In this document: positions 1 through 8,267 of the stretch, piece after piece
How the letters are laid out: every line of letters starts with the position of its first letter
How positions within the stretch are numbered: the stretch's first letter is position 1
Source: Planctomycetia bacterium
Lineage (GTDB): Bacteria > Planctomycetota > Planctomycetia > Gemmatales > Gemmataceae
DNA length: 64,000 bases
Assembly: GCA_005808665.1 (NCBI GenBank)
Contig: SYLG01000007.1
Location: forward strand, 54,298 to 118,297
Reading direction: 5' to 3'
The notes under the pieces: model-generated
Database searches by the model: none
Told to the model about the DNA's origin: nothing
Seen by the model: only the letters and a program-made list of their open reading frames with translations
Made by a program: the position numbers and the translations under genes

Positions 1-399
1 TTGGGCAGTTTTTCACTATCGGCTGGAAGGATTGCCTCCCTGAAATAATCCTACCCCAGGATTCCATTATTGCCATCCCGAATGCGAACGGAAATGGGCA
101 ACCTATGGCATCAAAATCCCTCTTCATGACTGGTAAATGGGTAGGTTTGGCTAATCCTTTGGGATCCTAATGGTCCAAGGAAAGGGAGCAATCCCTCCCG
201 GTTGAGCTACCAGGGTTAGCTCCTCAACCAGTAGTCCTTCCTCCAGGTCGTTTTGGGATGTTGTCAACCGGATTGAAATACCGACCTGACCACCAGATAA
301 TAATCAAAAGCCCCCACCGGCCTTTGCTTAGCCGTATTGGTCTGGGTCTATTTTGGATTCGATCACGGAGGCACACCCCTCCCCAAGGAGTTTTAAAAA

Positions 400-1398
400 A
401 TGAAATATCGATTGGCTTTCCTTGCTTTGGTATTTGGTTTTGCCATGTCGGCGGTTGCCCAGGAACTGCCCAAACCGGTCCGCATGGGTTCGGGACGGAT
501 GACCTTTGACACGGTTCCAGGATGGGGGCTTGGGGCGGATGGCAAATCGGTTATTGGGCCGACCCATGGCGGGGTAGTGGTTGACAAGGAAGGAAACATC
601 TACACCAGTGCCCAGGCGGGAGTGTTTGTGTTCTCCCCCGAGGGGAAGGTAATTCGGCGCTTCGTGGGAGAAAAATATTCGAACATTCACGATATGAAAA
701 TCCGTGAGGAGGAAAAAGGAGAATTCATTTACGGAGCCCGAAATGCCAATGCCGAAGGGATAAAGTTCAATTCACAAACGGGTGATATTGTCCTGAAACT
801 GCCGTTCCCCGAAGAATCAGGTCTCAAAATGAAACAATTCAGTCCTACTGCCATTACGGTTGCCCCCAATGGAGATATTTATCTATCCAATGGCTATGCC
901 ACCAACCATATATTCAAGTTTGATAGTACCGGAAAATACTTAAGTCATTTTGGTTCCAAAGGCAACGGCCTCAAGGAATTCAATACGGCCCATGGAATGA
1001 CCCTGGATACCCGCTACAACCCGCCCCGCCTGTTGGTTTGCGACCGTAATCACCAACCCAAGGGTCGTTTGGTCCATTATTCCCTTGAGGGGGAATTCCA
1101 GGGGGAAGTGGTAACCGGCCTTGGAATGCCTACTTCTGCCGTGGTCCAGGGAGATTATGTTTCGATTCCCGATCTCCAGGGTCGGGTGGTCATTCTGGAC
1201 AAAAACAACACGATCATGGCCGTGTTGGGTTACAATCCTGATCCCGCAAAAGGGGGGAATTTTAACATTCCCCAAAAACAATGGGTGGAAGGAATTTTCA
1301 GCGGGACCCATGGCTCATCCTGGGACAAGGAGGGAAACCTTTATGTCCAGGATTGGAATGTTTCTGGGCGAATTATCAAGTTGGTTCGGGTAAAGTAA
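400..1398 (+). CDS. Secreted NHL-repeat / six-bladed beta-propeller protein
   Basis: 332-aa ORF. AAGGAG sits 8 nt upstream of the ATG. Signal peptide MKYRLAFLALVFGFAMSAVAQ. Repeated ~45-aa blades carry NHL-like motifs (GNIYTSAQAGVFVFSPEGK; GDIYLSNGYATNHIFKFDSTGK; LLVCDRNHQPKGRLVHYSLEG; GNLYVQDWNVSGRIIKL). Family call from motif recognition only. Confidence 0.65.
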   Translation: MKYRLAFLALVFGFAMSAVAQELPKPVRMGSGRMTFDTVPGWGLGADGKSVIGPTHGGVVVDKEGNIYTSAQAGVFVFSPEGKVIRRFVGEKYSNIHDMKIREEEKGEFIYGARNANAEGIKFNSQTGDIVLKLPFPEESGLKMKQFSPTAITVAPNGDIYLSNGYATNHIFKFDSTGKYLSHFGSKGNGLKEFNTAHGMTLDTRYNPPRLLVCDRNHQPKGRLVHYSLEGEFQGEVVTGLGMPTSAVVQGDYVSIPDLQGRVVILDKNNTIMAVLGYNPDPAKGGNFNIPQKQWVEGIFSGTHGSSWDKEGNLYVQDWNVSGRIIKLVRVK

Positions 1399-1420
1399 AA
1401 CCCAGGCAGGTGGTCAGTAG

Positions 1421-1448
1421 GGTTGTTATCCCCCAGGGGATAACAACC
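1421..1448. terminator. Perfect 13-nt inverted repeat GGTTGTTATCCCC-CA-GGGGATAACAACC between convergent genes; probable bidirectional terminator hairpin
   Basis: Read directly from the sequence. It lies 22 nt after the stop of 400..1398 (+) and about 37 nt after the stop of the ThuA-like gene (-). There is no clear U-tract on either side. Confidence 0.5.
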
Positions 1449-1485
1449 TGGTTCGAGGATATCCATTGCCTGATTTCCCCTGAGT

Positions 1486-2307
1486 TCATTTCACAGGGGA
1501 GGGGGGTGGCAAAGTCAAATCTTCCTTCGTGGCATTAACCTTGGCACCCTCCTTGGGTACTTCAATCCCCACACTCCAAAGGATGCCATTGACGATCATC
1601 CGTCGAAAGGCCTCGATTCGGAAATTATCGTGAAAGTGTCCAAGGGTGGTCCCGAAACTTCTTCCCCCACTTGGGCCTTTTCGTTCCAGGACCCAGGCTA
1701 CAATTTGGTCCTTGCCATTGATGGTCACTTTTACCAAAGGTTTTGTGGCAGGGTGGAATTTGAGGTTCAGGTAAATTTCATCGTGTAAAGGATACGGTAG
1801 CCAGCCATTGCAAATCGGATGGGCCGGATCCAATTGTTGCAAAGTATATTTGCCAACATTGAGTCCGGAGTGATTGAGGTGAAACCATCCCCCAAGAAGT
1901 TCAAGATAGTCCGGTCCCAATTTGGCATCATTGGTTGCGGTGGCCCAGTGAACGGTGGCAAAACCGACCCCAGAATCAAACAGTTTTGCCGTTTCTTTTC
2001 GCCTTTTCGGATCGAAAACGATGTCACCTGCCGACCGGGAATAATACACAATCCCTTTCACCCCGTCGAGGACTTTGGGATCTTTTGGCCAATCGAGGTC
2101 AGCGGAAAAAACTGCCTCTACCCCGGGGTTTTGGTTCAGGCACTTGACTAGCAACTTGCATTCATCGGAATACATGTGGGTGTTCCATGCATGATCCGGG
2201 GCTGTGGCAATCACCACAATCCTTTTTTTTACCGGGTCTTTTGCATGGGAATTCCAACCCGATAAAAGGAAAAGACTTAGCAAAGCAATTGTCCGGATGA
2301 GTTTCAT
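1486..2307 (-). CDS. ThuA-domain (trehalose-utilisation-like) secreted protein
   Basis: ORF 1486..2367. I prefer the internal ATG at 2307 (MKLIRTIALLSLFLLSGWNSHA signal peptide), which is preceded by AAGGGGTAGG. ThuA-like motifs: KRIVVIATAPDHAWNTH, GVGFATVHWAT, GHFHDNFRIEAFRRMIVNGILWS. Confidence 0.7.
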   Translation of the reverse strand: MKLIRTIALLSLFLLSGWNSHAKDPVKKRIVVIATAPDHAWNTHMYSDECKLLVKCLNQNPGVEAVFSADLDWPKDPKVLDGVKGIVYYSRSAGDIVFDPKRRKETAKLFDSGVGFATVHWATATNDAKLGPDYLELLGGWFHLNHSGLNVGKYTLQQLDPAHPICNGWLPYPLHDEIYLNLKFHPATKPLVKVTINGKDQIVAWVLERKGPSGGRSFGTTLGHFHDNFRIEAFRRMIVNGILWSVGIEVPKEGAKVNATKEDLTLPPPSPVK

Positions 2308-2644
2308 GATCCTACCCCTTTTGAGTTTTGTCCGGGTCTTTTTAGATTCTCCAGGAAAGAAAACCATGAGACCTTCAGAACCGTATTGGGAATTGAAATC
2401 CAGTTAAGAGAGTACCCGTTTCCAAATTCATACATCCCAAGTTTTCGGCGCAGGAAAACCGGGGAAAGCAAACGAGGCAACCACCCTGCCATGGGGACCT
2501 TGGTAGTGCTCGAGGGCAAAATCAGGATCCTGAATTTGGGTAGGAGCGGCTATCAAGGGGGCAGCCAGGTCAAATTTGGGTGATTTGGGTGTTCAAATCC
2601 GTTGGTTTAGAGTAGACTCTTAATACCTTCCTTGGACCAACGCC

Positions 2645-4048
2645 ATGAATGGTCGTTTTCCCAATTTTGCGAAACCATCCCACGACCCGTCCCTTTTGAG
2701 ACGAGACTGGCTTCGGTTGGCTGCTACTGTCGGGGTTGCCCCGGCTGTGGGTCATTGGGTTCAGTCAGGCGATTTATCCGGGTCAACCAATCCTCAGGGC
2801 CCAGGATTTGGAAAAGCCAAATCAGTTATCATGCTATTTCATTTGGGTGGGCCCCCACAACATGAAACTTGGGACCCAAAACCAAATGCCCCAGAGGCCA
2901 TTCGAGGGGAATTCAAGCCCATTTCCACCACCGTACCGGGTATTCAATATTCCGAATTGATGCCTTTGGCCAGTCGACATGCCCAGGACATTTGCGTCCT
3001 CAGGTCTTGTACCACGGCCGATAATGCCCACTCGTCAAGCGGGTACTGGATGCTAACCGGGGTACCGCATCAACCGCTTCAAACCGAAAATGCCAAAGTT
3101 GGTTTCCCTAATGATCACCCTTCCTTTGGTGCCTTGATTCGCCATTTGAAGCCTGATCAGCCAGGGATTCCTTCCTCAATTACATTGCCAGACCACATTT
3201 GGAACACGGGTGGTATTCCTTGGCCTGGTCAAGGTGGGGGGTTTTTAGGCAGGGTTAATGACCCCTGGTTGGTCCATTGTGACCCCTCTCAAAAGGATTT
3301 CGAAATAGCTGGCCTAAGCCATTCTGAAGCAATGGCGGCGGATCGAATCATCGATCGTGCCGGTTTGTGGGAAACCATGCAAAAACGCTTTTCCCATGCA
3401 GGATTGGCCCAAACACGGCAAATGAGGGATGCGTTTGCAATGATTCGTAGCGGGCCCATTGCCAAGGCATTTAAAATTCATGAAGAAAGCGACAAAACCC
3501 GTGAGCGATATGGATCAAATCGATGGGGCCAAAGCCTGCTTTTGACAAGGAGGTTGGTGGAGGCTGGGGTTCCCTTTATCCAGGCCAATTGGACCAGACT
3601 TCCGGGGGACAAGGACGATTCACCTGCTTGGGACACCCACAACAAAAATGCGGAACGGTGCAAGAATCACCTCCTTCCCATTGGCGATCGGGCGTATTCC
3701 GCACTTTTGGAAGATTTAAAAATGCGTGGACTTCTGGATTCAACCCTTGTCGTTTGGACAGGAGAATTTGGTCGAAGTCCGATTCACAATGGGGGAGGTG
3801 GCCGTGACCATTGGGGGCATGCCTTTTCTGGTTCCCTTTGTGGGGGAGGGATTAAGGGTGGACAGGTTCTGGGTGCAACCGATAGGCAAGGGGCGTTTGT
3901 CAAAGATGACCCTATTGCTCCCCAAGATCTTGGTGCTACCATGCTTTATGCCATGGGTATTGCCACCAAAACGGAAATTGTGGATACCTTGCAAAGGCCA
4001 ATCCCGGCGACCCGGGGAATGCCGCTGAGGAAAGCCTTTGGGATGTAA
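2645..4048 (+). CDS. DUF1501 (sulfatase-fold) protein with twin-arginine signal
   Basis: 467 aa. TAT-like LLRRDWLRLAATVGVAPAV. DUF1501 hallmarks: SVIMLFHLGGPPQHETWDPKP, WDTHNKN, WTGEFGRSP..GGRDHWG. Confidence 0.85.
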   Translation: MNGRFPNFAKPSHDPSLLRRDWLRLAATVGVAPAVGHWVQSGDLSGSTNPQGPGFGKAKSVIMLFHLGGPPQHETWDPKPNAPEAIRGEFKPISTTVPGIQYSELMPLASRHAQDICVLRSCTTADNAHSSSGYWMLTGVPHQPLQTENAKVGFPNDHPSFGALIRHLKPDQPGIPSSITLPDHIWNTGGIPWPGQGGGFLGRVNDPWLVHCDPSQKDFEIAGLSHSEAMAADRIIDRAGLWETMQKRFSHAGLAQTRQMRDAFAMIRSGPIAKAFKIHEESDKTRERYGSNRWGQSLLLTRRLVEAGVPFIQANWTRLPGDKDDSPAWDTHNKNAERCKNHLLPIGDRAYSALLEDLKMRGLLDSTLVVWTGEFGRSPIHNGGGGRDHWGHAFSGSLCGGGIKGGQVLGATDRQGAFVKDDPIAPQDLGATMLYAMGIATKTEIVDTLQRPIPATRGMPLRKAFGM

Positions 4049-4166
4049 TCCCCTAACAATTATGAAGGCGAAATGAAAATCGGGGATCAGCTGGCAATAT
4101 TTGGATTGGAACCAAAGCCATTTCCAAACGATAATAATTAGAGGAGACATTTTGGAGGTTTGCCGA

Positions 4167-5831
4167 ATGCGTATCCTGTTTCCGGCTTCGCTTTTGGGCC
4201 TTTTGATTGTTTGGGTCAGTTTTGGAAGAACCGATTCTTCCAAAACTTTGCCGCCAAATTCTTCCTCCAGTACAAATCGCAATGAAGCCGCAACGACCCA
4301 AGATCGTTTGCGAAGGGAATTTGACGAACTCAAACAATCGCTTTTGCGGTTAAAACAGCGCCTGGAACTCAGTCCTCGTCCAGAAGATAAGTCAAGGGCC
4401 CATGCGATTGAGGCTGCCTTGGCACTCGTTGCCAGGCAGGGAACCGATGGGAAATTCACAACTTTGGTAAAAAACCTCAGGCAGTCGGACGCCTTTGCCA
4501 ATCTGGATACCATGCAGCAGGTAATGAACAGGAATCAGGAATTGCGGGAAGACCTGCGAAAACTAATCGAGATCCTTGCAAAGGACAACCGTGAAGATCA
4601 GCTTCGTAAAGAGAAGGAAGATGCTTTAAAAACCCTTGAAAAACTTCGTGAAATCATTGGTAAGCAGGAAAGGGTCAAAGCCAACACCGATTTGGGTAAA
4701 GCTGCAAAGGAAGATTTGATCAAAGCACAAAAAAAGGTGTCTGACCAAACCAAAGAATTAGCAGGCTCCAAAGCATCCAAATCAGGAAAAGACCTCCCCG
4801 ACGGCAAGGATAAGGACGGCAAGGATAAGGACGTCAAGGAGGGGGGCAAGGAGGGGGGCAAACCAAAGGACGGGAAATCTGGCGAAAGCAAACCGGGTCA
4901 AAGCAACCCTCCCGAGGACAAAAAGCCAGACGAGTCGGCCCCCAACGAATCGGGAGAGCAGGCTCAGGCCAAAAAACAAATCAAGGAAGCCACCAAGGAT
5001 CAGGATAAAGCAGAAGATAAAATCAAAAAAGGAGACAATCCTGGTGCGTCCCAAGATCAACAACAAGCCTTGGACAAACTTAAACAAGCACAAAAAAAAC
5101 TTGAAGAACTCCTTCAGCAATTGCGCGAGGAAGAATTGAAGCAAATGTTGGCCAAATTGCAGGCCCGGTGTGAAAAATTGCTCAATATGCAAATTGCCGT
5201 GAAAACTTCCACGGAAGAATTGGATAAGGCAATTGGCTCCCTTTCGACAAAAAAACCTGGCCGTGCGGAAGACCAGAGGGGCTTGGAATTGGGGGATGCC
5301 GAGGATGCGATAGTACGGGAAGCAACTGCGGCCATTACCCTGATTGAACAGGAAGGAACCGCAATTGCCTTTGCGGAAGTATTTGGTCAGGTACGGACGG
5401 ATATGATACTGGTAGCCGGGAAATTGAAAAAAACCGAAGTCGGTGAAATCACCCAAGGGGTCGAAACGGAAATCATTGACACCCTCAAGGAAATGATTGG
5501 GGCCCTCAAAAAAGCCAGACAAGACCAAAAACCCAAGCCTAAACCCAATGAAGCGGGAAAAGGAGGGGAAAGTAACCCCAACAATGATCAAAGGCTTTTG
5601 GATCAGATCGCTGAGTTAAAAATGGTTCGGTCGTTGCAAGCAAGGCTAAATCAAAGAACAGTCGTCTACGGCAAACAATTGAATGGTGAACAACCTTCCA
5701 CTTCAACCGATTCCAAAGAACAGGAACGGATTGAAACCTTGCGAAGGGACCTTTTTGATTTGGGACAACGGCAAGTAAAAATCACCAAAGTAACCCGCGA
5801 CATGGCTCTGGGACGAAACAAGGCTCAATAA
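4167..5831 (+). CDS. Signal-anchored coiled-coil protein with K/E/D/Q-rich low-complexity centre (function unknown)
   Basis: ORF 4101..5831. I prefer ATG 4167 (MRILFPASLLGLLIVWVSFG), which has GGAGG 8 nt upstream. Long heptad-like stretches (LRREFDELKQSLLRLKQRLE; LDKLKQAQKKLEELLQQLREEELKQMLAKLQ). Central region KDGKDKDGKDKDVKEGGKEGGKPKDGK. Confidence 0.75.
   Translation: MRILFPASLLGLLIVWVSFGRTDSSKTLPPNSSSSTNRNEAATTQDRLRREFDELKQSLLRLKQRLELSPRPEDKSRAHAIEAALALVARQGTDGKFTTLVKNLRQSDAFANLDTMQQVMNRNQELREDLRKLIEILAKDNREDQLRKEKEDALKTLEKLREIIGKQERVKANTDLGKAAKEDLIKAQKKVSDQTKELAGSKASKSGKDLPDGKDKDGKDKDVKEGGKEGGKPKDGKSGESKPGQSNPPEDKKPDESAPNESGEQAQAKKQIKEATKDQDKAEDKIKKGDNPGASQDQQQALDKLKQAQKKLEELLQQLREEELKQMLAKLQARCEKLLNMQIAVKTSTEELDKAIGSLSTKKPGRAEDQRGLELGDAEDAIVREATAAITLIEQEGTAIAFAEVFGQVRTDMILVAGKLKKTEVGEITQGVETEIIDTLKEMIGALKKARQDQKPKPKPNEAGKGGESNPNNDQRLLDQIAELKMVRSLQARLNQRTVVYGKQLNGEQPSTSTDSKEQERIETLRRDLFDLGQRQVKITKVTRDMALGRNKAQ
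4800..4858 (+). repeat. In-frame tandem micro-repeats inside the coiled-coil gene (2 x GACGGCAAGGATAAG, 2 x CAAGGAGGGGGG)
   Basis: Read directly: 15-mers at 4800-4814 and 4815-4829, and 12-mers at 4835-4846 and 4847-4858. They encode DGKDK-DGKDK and KEGG-KEGG. Confidence 0.85.
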
Positions 5832-5868
5832 AAAAGTTGAAGGTTCAAGGAAAGGGAACGGTTCCGCT

Positions 5869-6999
5869 ATGAAAAAAAACAATTCCCGAAGAAGGACCAT
5901 TTCTTGGGTCATCCTTGTTGCAATGGGATTAGGATCTGGAAAAGGCGGGTTTGTTTCTGGGGCAGATGTTGATCCAAAACCGGTCCCCGTAGGACAGGCA
6001 GGCTTTGGAATGTTGGTTGAACAACCAATGGATTCCCTCAAAAAACAGGCCCGGGAATATTTGACAAGTCGTGGCCTTTGGAAACCTGCTTTCGAACCAT
6101 TACTGGAACAAGGTTTCTCACGAGAATTGCCCATTTCAGACAAATTTGCCGATGCCTTAGCCTTGGGTGATGCACGAATTGAAGTGTTGCTGTCGGAAGC
6201 CAGGAATAATGACTCCTTGCCTCCGGCCGGGGTTCCTGCTTTTTTTAAGGATAAAAAATATCCTGAATTTGTTCGGGCCAATGTTGGTGTATCCTTTGCA
6301 AGGGCCCTTAGCCTACGGCGCATCCATGAAGAAGCTCTTGAAACTCTAGGCCTGTTCGCCGTGGAGAAAGTGGCAGACCCTGGAACCTATTTGTACCACC
6401 GGGCTGTATCCGAACATGCGTTAATGATGAAAAACGAAGCTACATCCTCAATAGACCGACTGCTCCAGGATGTTCCCAACCTGCCCGAGCGGTACCGGAT
6501 GGTTGGCATGCTTTTGTATTATGATTTGACCACCTGGAAAGAAAAGGACCTTTCATGGATCAGTCGTAAAATGGAAATGATCCAAAGGCGCCTTGAGGTA
6601 ACAAGGGGTGGGAAAACAACCCAGAAAATCCAAAAAGAGGTTGTTGCCCGTTTGGATGAAATGATAAAAGAGATGGAAAATCAACAAAAGGAGTCATCGT
6701 CCAGCAATCAGGGCAACTGTCCGGACGGAGCACCCTCACAAGGACAACCCGGGAATAATGCCCAACCAATGGAACCTGCCAAGGATAGCAGACCGGGAGG
6801 GGTATCGGGGCAGGGTGTGGTTGATTCCAAACGGGTCAAGGAATTAGCCAGTGTTTGGGGAAAATTGCCTGAGAAAGACCAGGCCAAGGCATTGGTTGAA
6901 CTAACCCGCAATGCCCCCCCCAAATACCGGGAAGCCATAGAACTGTACTTTAAGAAATTGAGCCAGACCATGCCGACCCCGGCAACCAAAAACCCTTGA
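5869..6999 (+). CDS. Secreted helical protein of unknown function (C-terminal PPKYREAIELYFKKL motif)
   Basis: 376 aa. N-terminal basic and hydrophobic segment (RRRTISWVILVAMGLGSG). Shares a QKEVVARLDEMIKEMENQQK motif followed by a low-complexity tail with the preceding gene (ETEIIDTLKEMIGALKKARQDQK). Confidence 0.7.
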   Translation: MKKNNSRRRTISWVILVAMGLGSGKGGFVSGADVDPKPVPVGQAGFGMLVEQPMDSLKKQAREYLTSRGLWKPAFEPLLEQGFSRELPISDKFADALALGDARIEVLLSEARNNDSLPPAGVPAFFKDKKYPEFVRANVGVSFARALSLRRIHEEALETLGLFAVEKVADPGTYLYHRAVSEHALMMKNEATSSIDRLLQDVPNLPERYRMVGMLLYYDLTTWKEKDLSWISRKMEMIQRRLEVTRGGKTTQKIQKEVVARLDEMIKEMENQQKESSSSNQGNCPDGAPSQGQPGNNAQPMEPAKDSRPGGVSGQGVVDSKRVKELASVWGKLPEKDQAKALVELTRNAPPKYREAIELYFKKLSQTMPTPATKNP

Positions 7000-7060
7000 A
7001 TTTCATATTCCCCATTGGGACAACTGGCCCTATCCTCGTTATGCAATAGTTGGAGGTTTC

Positions 7061-8263
7061 TTGGATTTTTGCACCCTGTCCCTAGTAATGCTTTTTTGCC
7101 AAACCCAGCCTACTTTAAAGCTGACGGATGGATCGGCAATCTCTGGAACGATTCTTTCCGGAGAAACCACCAGGTGGGTCTTGCAATCGGGTCCGGTAAC
7201 CAAAACTTTTCCTATGGAACAGGTTTTGAGTCTTGAGTTTTCTGCCAAACCCCAAATCCCGGTTACCTATTGTGAAGCAATATTAATTGATGGAACCAGG
7301 ATCTTGGGTAAATCCTACCTCATAAGGGGGGGGAACTTGGAATGGGTCACACCGAATCTTGACCAATGGGTGATTCCCTTGGGTAAAGTTGCCAGTCTAC
7401 TTCGACCCGGACACGACGCAACGGCTCAGACCGATTGGAAATCCCGGTTGGTTCGGCCGCGTAAACGGGATGTATTGGCAATTGTAAGAAAGGATCCGGA
7501 TCACCCGGAAAAATCCTCGATTAGTGGGCTCGAAGGAACATTAGGTGTTGGATCGAGTGATGGGATTTCCATTGGGTTCACCCCGGCGGGTGGCAAAACG
7601 GAACTACCCGTTCCTCAAGCGAATTTACATGGAATGCTTTGGCTGCGGGGACCGGATGCTACTCTTTTGGCACCACTTTGCCGGTTAGAAGATACTGGTG
7701 GGCAAATTCTTGAAATCGGTAAAATTCGGTCCGCCTCCTCCAATGCGATTGCCATAACGCTTGTTTGTGGAATCGATCTTGACCTTCCCATGGAAAGGGT
7801 TTTGAGGTTGGATTTTAGCCGAGGCAAACTTGCATGGCTTTCGGATATGGATTGGCTGGAAGGGGCAGTTACCGGTTTTGATGATCGTTTGGACCGGGTA
7901 AGGCGAAACACAAATCCCGATGGTGGTGGAATCAAAATGGGAGGTGTGCCTTTCCAACGCGGATTGGCAATGCCCTCTGCTACCTCGCTTTCGTACGCCT
8001 TGGGTGGTGAATATCGCGAATTGCAGGCTTTGGTTGGTTTGGATGATGCCACTGGAATTGCCGATGGGTTGGTGCGTTTGCGGGTAGAGGGGGATGGTAA
8101 AACATTAGCCAAAGTGGAAATCTCACGAAGCAACCGGTCCAAGCCTGAAAAATTGGCTGTAAACCTTAAAGATGTCCAAGTGCTGAAACTCTTGGTGGAA
8201 AGCACAGATCTTTCACCATTTGGAAGGCACATTATACTTGCCAATCCAAAAATTTCCAGGTAA
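7061..8263 (+). CDS. NPCBM/NEW2 (carbohydrate-binding-module-like) domain protein
   Basis: 400-aa ORF. The start is uncertain: TTG at 7061 or ATG at 7088. The C-terminal ~150 aa match my memory of the NPCBM domain: WLSDMDWLEG, GGVPFQRGLAMPSATSLSYALGGEYRELQALVGLDD, LRVEGDGKTLAKVEI, LKLLVEST..FGRHIILANPKI. Confidence 0.7.
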   Translation: MDFCTLSLVMLFCQTQPTLKLTDGSAISGTILSGETTRWVLQSGPVTKTFPMEQVLSLEFSAKPQIPVTYCEAILIDGTRILGKSYLIRGGNLEWVTPNLDQWVIPLGKVASLLRPGHDATAQTDWKSRLVRPRKRDVLAIVRKDPDHPEKSSISGLEGTLGVGSSDGISIGFTPAGGKTELPVPQANLHGMLWLRGPDATLLAPLCRLEDTGGQILEIGKIRSASSNAIAITLVCGIDLDLPMERVLRLDFSRGKLAWLSDMDWLEGAVTGFDDRLDRVRRNTNPDGGGIKMGGVPFQRGLAMPSATSLSYALGGEYRELQALVGLDDATGIADGLVRLRVEGDGKTLAKVEISRSNRSKPEKLAVNLKDVQVLKLLVESTDLSPFGRHIILANPKISR

Positions 8264-8267
8264 TATT

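Noticed and set aside
1-232. A possible 3' end of a plus-strand gene (frame 3, stop at 168-170, ...IAIPNANGNGQPMASKSLFMTGKWVGLANPLGS*). A competing minus-strand ORF starts at 128 and runs off the left edge. Two small hairpins lie at 184-199 and 200-229.
   Set aside because: Both ORF fragments are under 60 aa, carry no recognisable motif and are mutually exclusive. I cannot decide between them, or against non-coding, from the sequence alone. The hairpins lack a U-tract.
2591-2600. GTTCAAATCC string resembling a tRNA T-loop.
   Set aside because: The flanking bases (GGGTG / CGTTG) cannot form a T-stem, and no acceptor or anticodon arms can be drawn. I found no convincing tRNA anywhere in the window.
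3740-4513. 257-aa minus-strand ORF spanning the DUF1501 3' end and the coiled-coil gene 5' end.
   Set aside because: It is antisense to two well-supported genes and has a Ser/Arg-rich shadow-frame composition with no motifs. It is a typical antisense artefact.
4782-5591. 269-aa minus-strand ORF (F/L-rich) and other antisense ORFs (5703-6323, 7615-8244).
   Set aside because: These are reverse complements of K/E-rich or well-supported coding sequence. Open antisense frames are expected there. No start context or motifs are present.
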